From NCBI GenBank assembly GCA_964016885.1, contig OZ024747.1, positions 61,318,001 through 61,382,000 on the forward strand: 64,000 bases of DNA. The letters run 5' to 3'. Of this stretch, positions 52,507-64,000 are shown in pieces (position 1 is the first letter of the stretch; every line of letters begins with the position of its first letter). The stretch comes from Eledone cirrhosa. Lineage: Eukaryota. Made by a program: the position numbers and the translations under genes. The notes under the pieces were generated by a model that did no database searches, was not told the DNA's origin, and saw nothing but the letters and a program-made list of their open reading frames with translations.

Positions 52507-53520
52507 TAATAATAATAAACATGAAATAATGACTAGAAATATTTGAGGGGGAAAATAATTTACATAGAGAGGAGATTTCTTCTGTATTTAGTACTGAATA
52601 TGGTGATGTTTAATTCATAAGAATTGATTGAAAACCTTGACTGGCTGCTGGTGGTGGTGGTGGTGGTGGTGGTGGTGGTCGTGGTGGCGGTGGTGGTGGT
52701 GGTCGTGGTTTTGGTGGTGGTGGTGGTGGTGGTGGTGGTGGTCGTGGTTGTGGTGGTGTTGGTGGTCTTGGTTGTGGTGGTGGTGGTGGTAGTGGTGGTG
52801 TTGATGGTGGTAGTGGTGGTGGTGGTAGTGGTGGTGGTGGTGGTGTTGAGGGTGTTGGTCGTGGTTTTGGTGTTGGTGGTGGTGGTCTTGGTTGTGGTGG
52901 TGGTGTCAGTGGTGGTGTTGCTATTGTTGGTGTTGGTAGTGGTGGTTTTGGTGGTGGTGGTGGTGTTGGTAGTGGTGGTGTTGGTGGTGATGGTCTTGGT
53001 AGTGGTTGTGGTGGTGTCAGTGGTGGTGTCAGTGGTGGTGTTGGTAGTGTTGGTGGTGGTGTTGGTAGTGGTGGTTTTGGTGGTGGTGGTGGTGTTGGTA
53101 GTGGTGGTGTTGGTGGTGGTGGTCTTGGTAGTGGTTGTGGTGGTGTCAGTGGTGGTGTTGGTAGTGTTGGTGGTGGTGTTGGTAGTGGTGGTTTTGGTGG
53201 TGGTGGTGGTGTTGGTAGTGGTGGTGTTGGTGGTGGTGGTCTTGGTAGTGGTTGTGGTGGTGTCAGTGGTGGTGTTGGTAGTGTTGGTGGTGGTGTTGGT
53301 AGTGGTGGTTTTGGTGGTGGTGGTGGTAGTGGTGGTAGTTTTGGTGATAGTGTTGGTCGCAGTGGTGTTGGTGGTAGTGTTGGTGGTTGGTGGTAGTGGC
53401 GTTGGTAGTGGTAGTGTTGGTGGTTGTAGTGGAGGTGTTGGTGATAATGATGGTGGATTTTGCAATGGTGGTGATAGTGGTAGTGTTAGTGGTAGTAGTG
53501 TTGGTGGTGGTGGTGGTGTG
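52130..53520. repeat. (GAT)n, (AAT)n and long (GGT)n-derived repeats
   Basis: Direct inspection. Confidence 0.92.
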
Positions 53521-54159
53521 TTCTGAGGTAGGGTAACCAAGAAAGAAGGAAAGGAAGAAAGAAGAGAACGAAGGAAGAGAGGAAGAAAGTTTGATATTTT
53601 GTGAATGTTTTAAAACATTTGCGCGGCTCTTTCAGCTTCTTATTTCTCCAATGTTGGATGTTGAAAGATGTAAGTAAACATTCACTTTGTTCATGTCTTA
53701 CCAAGCTGAACATAGGCAACAAAATAAACTCACACACACACACACGGAAACTAATGCACACACACAAACATACACATGAACAATAATGCATAGACACAAA
53801 CATACACGGAAAATAACGCACACACAGACACACTAATACAAAAGATAGCATGCACTTGCACAAACACACGCACACACACACAAACATACATGGAAAATGG
53901 GGCATGCACACACACACACACACATGAAAACATGAAAACTAATGCATGCACACGCACAAACACACACACATACACAAACATACACGGAAAATAGCGCATG
54001 CACACACACACAAACATTAAAGTTACTTATACATAGAAACACACATATTCTCTTCCTTACAGGCACACACCACACACACACACACATGCGCAAGCATTCA
54101 CACATATGCACACACATGTTCTCAGTTTAGAAATAATAGGTTCAAATATATGCAACTTT

Positions 54160-54466
54160 GACACACAAACACACACATATATATATATTCACTTTCTCAC
54201 ACACACACAGACATGCACACAAACATATATATATATTCACTTTCTTAAACATACACACACACATGCACACACACACGCATGCACACAAACACACATATAT
54301 ATTCACTTTCTCAAACACACACACACATGCACACAAACACACATATATATTCACCTTCTCAAACATACACACACACAGATACACACACAAACACATGCAC
54401 ACAGGCACACACATAGTCACTTGCTCAAACACACGCACATATATATATATATATTCACTTTCTCAA

Positions 54467-54504
<38 letters not shown>

Positions 54505-54516
54505 TCACTTTTTCAA

Positions 54517-54548
<32 letters not shown>

Positions 54549-54602
54549 TCACTTTCTCAAACACACACACATATATATATATATATATATTCACTTACTC
54601 AA

Positions 54603-54634
<32 letters not shown>

Positions 54635-54646
54635 TCACTTTCTCAA

Positions 54647-54682
<36 letters not shown>

Positions 54683-54774
54683 TCACTTTCTCAAACACAC
54701 ACACACACACATATATATATATATTCACTTACTCAAACACACACACACACATATATATATATTCACTTACTCAA

Positions 54775-54810
<36 letters not shown>

Positions 54811-54822
54811 TCACTTACTCAA

Positions 54823-54858
<36 letters not shown>

Positions 54859-54870
54859 TCACTTACTCAA

Positions 54871-54906
<36 letters not shown>

Positions 54907-54918
54907 TCACTTACTCAA

Positions 54919-54952
<34 letters not shown>

Positions 54953-54964
54953 TCACTTTCTCAA

Positions 54965-54996
<32 letters not shown>

Positions 54997-55008
54997 TCAC
55001 TTACTCAA

Positions 55009-55040
<32 letters not shown>

Positions 55041-55094
55041 TCACTTACTCAAACACACACACACACACATATATATATATATTCACTTTCTCAA

Positions 55095-55128
<34 letters not shown>

Positions 55129-55182
55129 TCACTTTCTCAAACACACACACACACACATATATATATATATTCACTTACTCAA

Positions 55183-55218
<36 letters not shown>

Positions 55219-55230
55219 TCATTTTCTCGA

Positions 55231-55262
<32 letters not shown>

Positions 55263-55274
55263 TCACTTACTCAA

Positions 55275-55306
<32 letters not shown>

Positions 55307-55538
55307 TCACTTACTCAAACACACACACACACACATATATATATATATTCACTTACTCAAACACACACACACACACATATATATATATATTCACTTTCTC
55401 AAACACACACACACACACACATACATATATATATATATTCACTTACTCAAACACACACACACACACATATATATATATATTCACTTACTCAAACACACAC
55501 ACACACACGTATATATATATATATATTCACTTACTCAA

Positions 55539-55570
<32 letters not shown>

Positions 55571-55582
55571 TCACTTACTCAA

Positions 55583-55614
<32 letters not shown>

Positions 55615-55626
55615 TCACTTTCTCAA

Positions 55627-55660
<34 letters not shown>

Positions 55661-55672
55661 TCACTTACTCAA

Positions 55673-55706
<34 letters not shown>

Positions 55707-55718
55707 TCACTTACTCAA

Positions 55719-55766
<48 letters not shown>

Positions 55767-55800
55767 TCATTTTCTCGAACACACACACAGATACATATGC
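54160..55800. repeat. ~40-bp compound unit TTCACTT(A/T)CTCAAA(CA)n(TA)n
   Basis: Direct inspection. Confidence 0.95.
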
Positions 55801-56140
55801 ACACAAACACACTTCTACATACAAACTTACCCACATAAATACAAACACTTACATACACATTATGTGGTCAGAAATGTTATATCGAAGTAGAAGTGGCTTT
55901 GTAAAGGTACCCCCCCACCACCTCCACCACCACCACCACCACCACCACCACCACCACCACCACCTCCACCACCTCCACCACCACCACCACCACCACCACC
56001 ACCACCACCATCACCACCTTATACAGAGTTCTTCTATGACTGGTTGTTGCTATTTTTATTTGGATTCTTGTAACTATTATTGGCGCTGTGTTTGATCAAT
56101 GATGTTAACACCATTATTGGAGTGATGGTAACAGGACAGT

Positions 56141-56879
56141 ATTATTGGTGAATTGGCCGAGGTTGACTTTGCCTTTCATCGTTACAGGGTCGATAAAATA
56201 AAGTACCAGTAATGCACTGGTGTAATTGCTGGCCTTGTGCCTAAAGTAGAAACAATTATTGGTGAATTGGCAGTATCGGTAGAGGGTCGGACGCCATGCT
56301 TTGCCGCATGGAGTTACGGTCCTTTATGATCTGAGTTCAAATCCCGCCGAGGTTGACTTTGCCTTTCATCCTTACGGGGGTCGATAAAATAAAGTACCAG
56401 TAATGTACTGGGGTCAATTTCATCGACTTTCCCCCCCCCCCCAAAAAAAAATTGCTGGCCTTGTGCCTATATAAGAAACCATTATTCATAAGTCTGTGGA
56501 TTAGCAGTATCGGAAGAGGGTTGAACACAATGCTTTGCAGCATAGAGTTACGCCCCTTTACGGTCTGAGTTCAACTTTGCCTTTAATCCTTACGGGGTGG
56601 ATAAAATAATAAAGTACCAGTTATCTACTGGAACAATTGCTGGCCTTGTGCCAAAAGTAGGAACAATTATTCATTAGTCTGTGGATAGGCAGTATCAGTA
56701 GTGGGTCAGACACAATACTTTGCAGCATAGAGTTACGTCCCTTTACGGTCTGAGTTGAAATCCTGTTGAGGTTAACTTTGCCTTTAATCCTTACGGGGTC
56801 GATAAAATAAAGTACCAGTTATCTACTGGGATAATTACTGGCCTTGTGCCAAAAGTAGAAACAATTATTCATAAGTCTG
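56141..56879 (+). mobile_element. Four tandem family A SINE copies with shared target duplications
   Basis: ATTATTGGTGAATTGGC twice; ATTATTCAT(A/T)AGTCTG three times. Confidence 0.9.
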
Positions 56880-57159
56880 ATATGGTTGAAGCTTGGAGGC
56901 TTTTTTTCTCTTCTTTTCTTCTGTTGTAGGATGAAAGATTGACGTGCTAGATAGGGTCTGAAATGTTTGAAAGTCTAAGGATCCAACTATGGTTAATAAG
57001 GCCCAGAATAAGGGAGCAATGTTTGGAATTGGTTAACCATAACCATTCTTGAGATTAAGGTGTTTTTGATAGGCAGAAGAACATCAAATTGCTATAAGTG
57101 AATATATAGTTGAGTTGACCCACTGTATTACTGGTATTTATTGTTTCAGTCTTAAAAGA

Positions 57160-57560
57160 GTGTTGGATTGGTAGTCTCAGTAGAGCGTCGGACAATATGC
57201 TTTGCAGCATAGAGTTACAGCCCTTTATGTTGAGTTCAAATCCCGCCAAGATTAGCTTTGCCTTTCATTATTATGGGTTCGATAAGGCGGTGTATTGGCA
57301 GTATCGGTAGAGGGTCAGATGCCATCCTTTGCAGCAAAGAGTTACGGCCCTTTATGGTCTGTGTTCAAGTCCCGCCGAGGTTAACTTTGCCTTTCATCCT
57401 TACGGGGTCGATAAAATAAAGTACCAGTAATATACCAAAAGTAGAGACAATTATTATGGGTTCAATAAAATAAAGTACCAGTAATGCACTGAGGGCAATT
57501 TAATCGACTTTCCCCCTCCCCCAAAATTGTTGGCCTTGTGCCTTAAATCAGGAACTATGA
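57160..57560 (+). mobile_element. Family A SINE nested inside another family A SINE
   Basis: 19-bp duplication at 57267-57285 and 57450-57468. Confidence 0.88.
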
Positions 57561-57634
57561 TTTCAGTCTTAAAGCCATGACAAACAAACTGAACTCTTGC
57601 AAGAGTTTATAATGAAAGCAAAGATAAAACTACA

Positions 57635-57847
57635 TCAACCCTTTAATGTTCAAACTGGCCAGAATTCTCTACCTCTTTCTGTTGAAACTGGCTGTAACTG
57701 GTCACTCAAACTGATGTTAAGGTATTGTTCTCAAAATAAATACTTTCAAAATCTCATAAATTCGATATTATGTGAGATAATTATGTGAAGCCTTTACCAT
57801 GAAAATACAATAGTATATATAGGGTAATGTGAATGCTAAAGGGTTAA
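57635..57847 (+). mobile_element. piggyBac-type MITE
   Basis: CCCTTTAATGTT ... AATGCTAAAGGG-TTAA. Confidence 0.75.
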
Positions 57848-58664
57848 ACCCTTGATTTAGTGATCTAATAGGAGGAAAAGTGTGTCTGATAATACCAAAA
57901 GTCTTTTAAATTGAAGGTAATCATGATTGTTTTTATTATTTTCAATGTAAAAAAATCTTTAATACAATATATATGAGTGCACTGTATAAAATTATTCAAC
58001 CATGGGGAAGAATATGTAATGTTTATTTCACTTTTGTCTAAGTAGCTGAAGATTATTTTTTGTCATGACCATAGTGGTAGTACAGTATTATTGTTCTTGG
58101 GTCTGTTGAGCCCCAAATCTGTTAAGTCAGGGTCCAATAAACTGAGAGTTTATTATTTTTATTAAAATAACATTTCTGGTCCATTACTTTATTGCCTCGG
58201 TTCTTTCCACTATTCTAATTGAACTTATATTTTTACTTCATAACCAGAGAGGGAAAATCAATGCTCATGACCCTTTATTATCTCAGAGCTTCTAAGACAT
58301 GTGAGAGGAGGGCTGAAGACCTGGCTTGAATGCTTGCAATAGACTGGACAAATGAAGGTTTTTGCTATAGATTTATGCCTAAAAAAAAAGTCTTGTCTAA
58401 TTGTCCAACCCATATCAGCTTGGAAAAACAGACATAAAAATTGTTGATGATGAAGGACTGACATTTTCAAGACAGTGATTCCATTTATTTACAATCTATA
58501 TATAAATTTGAGTGACTTCCGTCTGTCCATCACACAATGTGTGTGTGTGTTTGTGCGAATGTATATGTGTGTTTGTGTCAATGTATGTGTGTTTGTGTCA
58601 ATGTATCTCTGTGAGTGTGTATTTTTGTAAGTGTGTCTGTGTTTGCACGTTTATATCTGTATAC

Positions 58665-58930
58665 TGAAGCTGAAGCATATAGACAATATGCCCCACCACC
58701 GCCCACTGCAAAGTGGTTGTGTAGGCACCACGGAAAAAAAGCACCCTGCACTCACTGTAAATGAGGTTGGTGTTAGGAAGGGCATCCAAGCTGCAGAAAT
58801 CAAGCCAAAATCAGTTCCCGTATGAGCAAGACAAGGTCACCCGACCTGGCACTGCCCACAACAGGACAACCCGTCTAACCCATGCTAGCGTGGAAGAATG
58901 AACTTAAAACAGTGATGATGATGATTATGA
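58665..58930 (+). mobile_element. RTE-type 3' UTR fragment
   Basis: Similar to 7540-7845 and 15355-15568. Confidence 0.8.
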
Positions 58931-59214
58931 TACTCATACATATAAATGTATGCATATGCACATACACACATGCACAAACATATATATACATGTCAGGATG
59001 TTGAAAAAAAACCTGGTTATATAAATTTGATATGTAACACTTGCAAGGCTTTCTTTACTTAGGTGCTGCTCTACAGAACCAATCAATTATATTTGATACA
59101 ACATATTGAATCTCTTAAATCTGGGACTCAATAGTCTGGCAACTCCCAGGGTCCAGGATGTTTTGAATTTGCCTACATATATCTTTTACAATTTATAGTT
59201 TTAGATTTTATATT

Positions 59215-59601
59215 ACTGCGTAAACTGGAGAGAAATAAAGCAACAATGTTTTGTTGGATGAGTAATGTAAATGTGAGAGAAAGGCAGAGCCTGGATGAGC
59301 TGAGGGAGAAGCTGGGTTTAAGAAGAATCCGAGAGATGACTGCATTGGTATGGACATGTGATGCACATGGACAATGACCAATGAGTGAAGAAATACCAGA
59401 AAATCCCATTGGAAGGAAGCCACAGTAGAGGACGACCAAGAAAGACCTGGGAAGAGGTTGTGAGAGCTGACCTCAAATGGCTAAGACTGGAAGAGGAGAT
59501 GTTGAAGGAAAACAACAAGTGGAGAGATGCCATGCTGAGCAGAACCCATCCAACACTTGCAAGCGTGGAAAAGCAGATATAAAAACGTTGATGATGATGA
59601 T
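59215..59601 (+). pseudogene. Old RTE LINE C-terminal fragment
   Basis: LHWYGHVMHM, GSHSRGRPRKTWEEVVRADL, tail GCAAGCGTGGAAAAGCAGA..(GAT)n. Confidence 0.85.
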
Positions 59602-60088
59602 TAATGAAATAATAAGAACCTTGTTTAGAAGATTTATTAGCTGTATTAGTTCCAGTTTTGAGCTTTGTTCTAGTTTTGATACAACATCAGTCTGTGAGTG
59701 TGAAATCTGTGTGAAAAGAGATGACAAAAAAGTATGTCTACATACCTATAGAAGTCAGTTTCTATTTCTAGCATTTCTCAGTGGTTGGGCAATGGTATAG
59801 CCCAAAATTTGTCAGATTTAAGAGGTTTAAATTGTCTGTGTATTCACTGAAGTGAAGAAAATAACTTCTCAGATAAACGAAAGCTAGATATCATTCACAC
59901 TTTGCAAACAAAATGGCTGATTTTAGTAAATGGAATAATTCTATAAAATTTCTTCTTTTATAAATTTCTAAATTTGCATAACTCTCCAACCAATAATCTA
60001 ACTATCAACCAATATATTTAAAAAATGAGTATATAGATAGTGTCTATGAAATATATAGAATACAGTTCTCTTTCAATTTTGTTTACAG

Positions 60089-60116
60089 AAGAAAATTGTC
60101 ATAGCCTTAAGAAATG
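60089..60116 (+). other. Candidate 28-nt microexon ending in ATG
   Basis: ttctctttcaattttgtttacAG acceptor and ATG|GTGAGT donor in unique AT-rich DNA. Confidence 0.35.
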
Positions 60117-61699
60117 GTGAGTTTTATTATTTCGAGATTATCTTTTATGGAGAAAGAAAAAATGCTATGAGAGAAAAGTACATATTTTTAAAGTCAATTT
60201 ACTAACCAATATATTCTAACAACTAACTATACCAAAGTAAGAGAACCAATACAGAAAAAAAAGCTGAATATATTTTAAAATAATTTATTTCTTTTTAACA
60301 ATAAAATGAAATGTATCTGAATTTTCTTTCAAATTCTCACTCTTTCTTTTCAACAAAATTTTGTATAGAAAAAAGTTCTTTCAAGATTTTGCAATAGAAA
60401 GTATTCTGACAATATTTAAAACACTAGTCAGTGTTTCATCGATTCAAAATATCTGCTTCTCCCAAGAGCTCTTACACAATTTTCTATGATTGAAACAACT
60501 TGTCAAAAGGTTTCCATTGAAAAGGTTTCCAGAGTTTTTGGAGAGGTGGGGTAGAGTTGAAAAATAAAATTGATGGAACAATAGTTATAGGATAGTATTG
60601 TCAGTAATTGGTTTTGTTATTGTTTCTATTTATTCTATTTTCCTCTACATCATATTGACTATGGGATTTTATATCCACCATATTGGTTTTTCTTCAATAA
60701 AACCTAAACTGTCATAGATATAACAATAAATAAAATGTAAAAAATACTTCTTCAGTGTAGTTTAGATATAAACAATTTGGACAAAAAGAAAAGAGAAACT
60801 AATTTTTGTTAGAATTCATTCAATTTGTTTTTTTCCCCTTTCTGTTTGTGTCATTTTTTAAAAAATATTTTCCTTTAAAATTGTTATCATTAGATTTATC
60901 TACTTCTAAAATTTAACTTGCATTAGTTTCTTTTTGTTGTTTTGGTATGTGTTGCTTTCTTTGTCAGTTTTGTGTCTTACATTTTCTCTGCAATTCTCTT
61001 TAGTATAGAGTAATTTAAAAGATTTAAGAGTCAAGAAAACATTATCAACATCTGATCACAACAAACCAAACTACTTTGAAATAACTAATTGAGGGAGCCA
61101 TTTACATTGATTAGTTCCCAATAGCCAAGAGAAATCTTAGTTCCCCTTTCATTAATGTTATTTAAAAGTCAGCTTATTATGTTGTTCTCCCAAATATTAA
61201 AAGTGTAAAGCTTGCCACAAAATACATGTAAAAAATAAATTCATTAAATCAAAATGATTGTTTCTGAGACACTCTGGGTCGCTGATAAGATGAAACAAAA
61301 TGAAAAATACAGCTCATACCTATATAAGTTTGAAGTTGTATCTCATAAGGGGATTATCGGATATTTTAATGATAGAGTCCTCAATTCTAACACCTTGATT
61401 CAGGACTCAACATGCCACTCACCTTGTCTAAGAATCATACCCATGACCTTATGTTCACAGGTCCAGCACCATAACCATGTGTTGTTTATGTCAACCTTTC
61501 CATATTTGCATGGGTCAGATGGGTCTTCTCCAGTACAGCCTGGTTTTACTCATTATGGTTTTTTTGTCATCTTTCTAAAGTTCAGTATTTTGAAATCAAC
61601 TGTCACCACTCCAGCCCAGTTTTCCATTGCAACAAACATACACACAAATCCCAAACTAATATACATGCATGAAAAATAAAATATATAGAATTGTGTGCG

Positions 61700-62435
61700 C
61701 CTGTGTGTTCCAGAGTATTCCAGAGTGTTCCTGGATGTACCTGTGGTGTGTTCCTGTGTGTTGCTGGATGTACCAGTGTGTTCATGGATGTGCCTGTGGT
61801 GTGTTCCTGTGTGTTGGTGGATGTGCCTGTCGTGTGTTCCTGTGTGTTCCTGGATGTGCCTGTGGTGTGTTCCTGTGTGTTGGTGGATGTACCTGTGTGT
61901 TCCTGGATGTGCCTGTGGTGTGTTCCTGTGTGTTGCTGGATGTACCAGTGTGTTCCTGGATGTGCCTGTGGTGTGTTCCTGTGTGTTGCTGGATGTACCA
62001 GTGTGTTGCTGGATGTACCAGTGTGTTCCTGGATGTGCCTCCTATGTGTTCCTGGATGTGCCTCCTGTGTGTTGGTGGATGTACCTGTGTGTTCCTGGAT
62101 GTACCTGTGGTGTGTTCCTGTGTGTTGGTGGATGTACCAGTGTGTTGCTGGATGTGCCTGTGGTGTGTTCCTGTGTGTTCCTGTGTGTTCCAGAGTATTC
62201 CAGAGTGTTCCTGTGTGTTCCTGGATGTGCCTGTGGTGTGTTCCTGTGTGTTCCTGTGTGTTCCAGAGTATTCCAGAGTGTTCCTGTGTGTTGCTGGATG
62301 TACCTGTGTGTTCCTGGATGTGCCTGTGTGTGCCTCTCTGTTCCTGGATATGCCTATGTATGTCTGTATGTTCCAGAATGTGCCTGTGTGTTCCTGTGTA
62401 TTCCTGTGTGTGTCTGTGTGTTCCTGTATGTATGT
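61700..62435. repeat. Irregular satellite built from GTGTTCCTGGATGT(G/A)CC(T/A)GT modules
   Basis: Direct inspection. Confidence 0.92.
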
Positions 62436-62577
62436 ATGTAGGGAGGTGGATATCTAATATTAAAATATATGAGAATGGAGAAATTTTGTATTGGGGAACA
62501 TTTTATATCTTGATTCCACATCTTGTCTGAAATATCTAATTTGGGATTATTCTACACACCCATACACTACACTATAT

Positions 62578-62608
<31 letters not shown>

Positions 62609-62679
62609 CCATATAAGCATTAACAAGTGTGTTAATGTGTATGGGTGTATAATAGGCAAACCCATTGATTATATATATT

Positions 62680-62713
<34 letters not shown>

Positions 62714-63011
62714 TAAATACGTACACATGCACGAGCACACATTTAGACATATATATATAAAAACACAGCACAAACTTTCAAATGTGTAAATGTGATTTTG
62801 TATGTGTGATATATATATATATATATGTGTGCGCGTTGTGCGTATGTGAGAGAGAGAGAGAGAGAGAGCAAAAGCATGCTTTTCAAAACGTAATATTTCT
62901 TGACAGAAATACTTTAAAAATTCTATTTGTCAAATAAAATTACATACAAGAAAATATAAAGTATAAAAATTATATTTTTTTGATAATTTTAAAGCCATTC
63001 TTAAATTTTAA

Positions 63012-63072
<61 letters not shown>

Positions 63073-63145
63073 ATAATTATATATATATATATATTATTAT
63101 AATTATATATATATATATATTATTATAATTATATATATATATATA

Positions 63146-63182
<37 letters not shown>

Positions 63183-63773
63183 GTACGTTTATATGCGTGC
63201 TTATGTATTTGTGTGTGCATATCTTTGTATATATGCACACTCACACAAATAATATATACACAGATATATGCTCGCATATAATATATAAAACTAAATTATT
63301 ATCACTACTACTACTAATGCTACTATGACTACGACTACGACTACTACGACTACTACTACTCATATTATTACAAGAAGTTTGTTCTTGTTTTGTCATATTT
63401 TCTGCTTCTTGCAGCTCGGGGAAGAAAATTATTTCACTGCAATAAGCAGCTTAAAATTTTTGTTTTCCAAATTTTCATTTCGATTTCAAAATATAAGGAA
63501 TCATGTCAGATTTTTGGTCATTTCATGAAGAATCTTCTTTGTTTCGTTGTTTATTAGCATTTTTAAGAGGAGGATAAAGGGGGAGGGAGGAGGTGTTCAG
63601 CTATATATTTTTCCTGTTTTTGTATTTTGGGATATATATACAGATATATATATATATGTATATGTACATGTGTGTGTGTATTTGTGTATGTGTTTTTTAT
63701 ATAAAATATTTCCACATTTAATATAGACAAACACAGTCTCTCTCTCTCTCTTTATTTCACACACACAAATATG

Positions 63774-63813
<40 letters not shown>

Positions 63814-64000
63814 TAACTGGCTAAATGAACAACTGTAATAATCTGTTAAAAATGAAAATAAAATAAATTAAAATAAAATTAAAATAAATTGAAAAGTAAG
63901 AGTTTAATAAGAGGTTAATGTTACACATTTTAGAAAAATAAAATAGAAAATTTACCAACATTCAGGATTATCCAAACAGCTTTATGCCTCAGAGGAAGCA

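Noticed and set aside
61669-62530. Three overlapping Cys/Val-rich ORFs of about 250-280 aa
   Set aside because: Stop-free satellite open in all frames

Overview
Eukaryotic, AT-rich, very repeat-dense non-coding DNA. The microsatellite load and the SINE/RTE families suggest a coleoid cephalopod, probably Octopus (inference from sequence character only). No host protein-coding gene can be recognised, and almost all ORFs in the track are artefacts of simple repeats. Real coding sequence comes from retroelements: a 5'-truncated RTE-type LINE with an intact 684-codon RT frame carrying a PHD-like finger (18071-20810, minus), a decayed RTE-group LINE (765-2152), several RTE 3' fragments and an R4/Dong-type endonuclease fragment. 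Also present are a solo LTR, mariner-, pogo- and piggyBac-type MITEs, more than 20 tRNA-derived SINE copies and many minisatellites. I found no convincing new multi-gene system and no CRISPR array. The best leads are: SINEs re-inserting at ATTATT sites with triplicated target duplications; an inverted-arm element with hammerhead-like cores enclosing the RTE LINE; the PHD finger inside the RT; an 80-bp minisatellite forming a ladder of in-frame candidate splice donors; and several hairpin-forming inverted repeats. Repeat boundaries were read by eye and are approximate.
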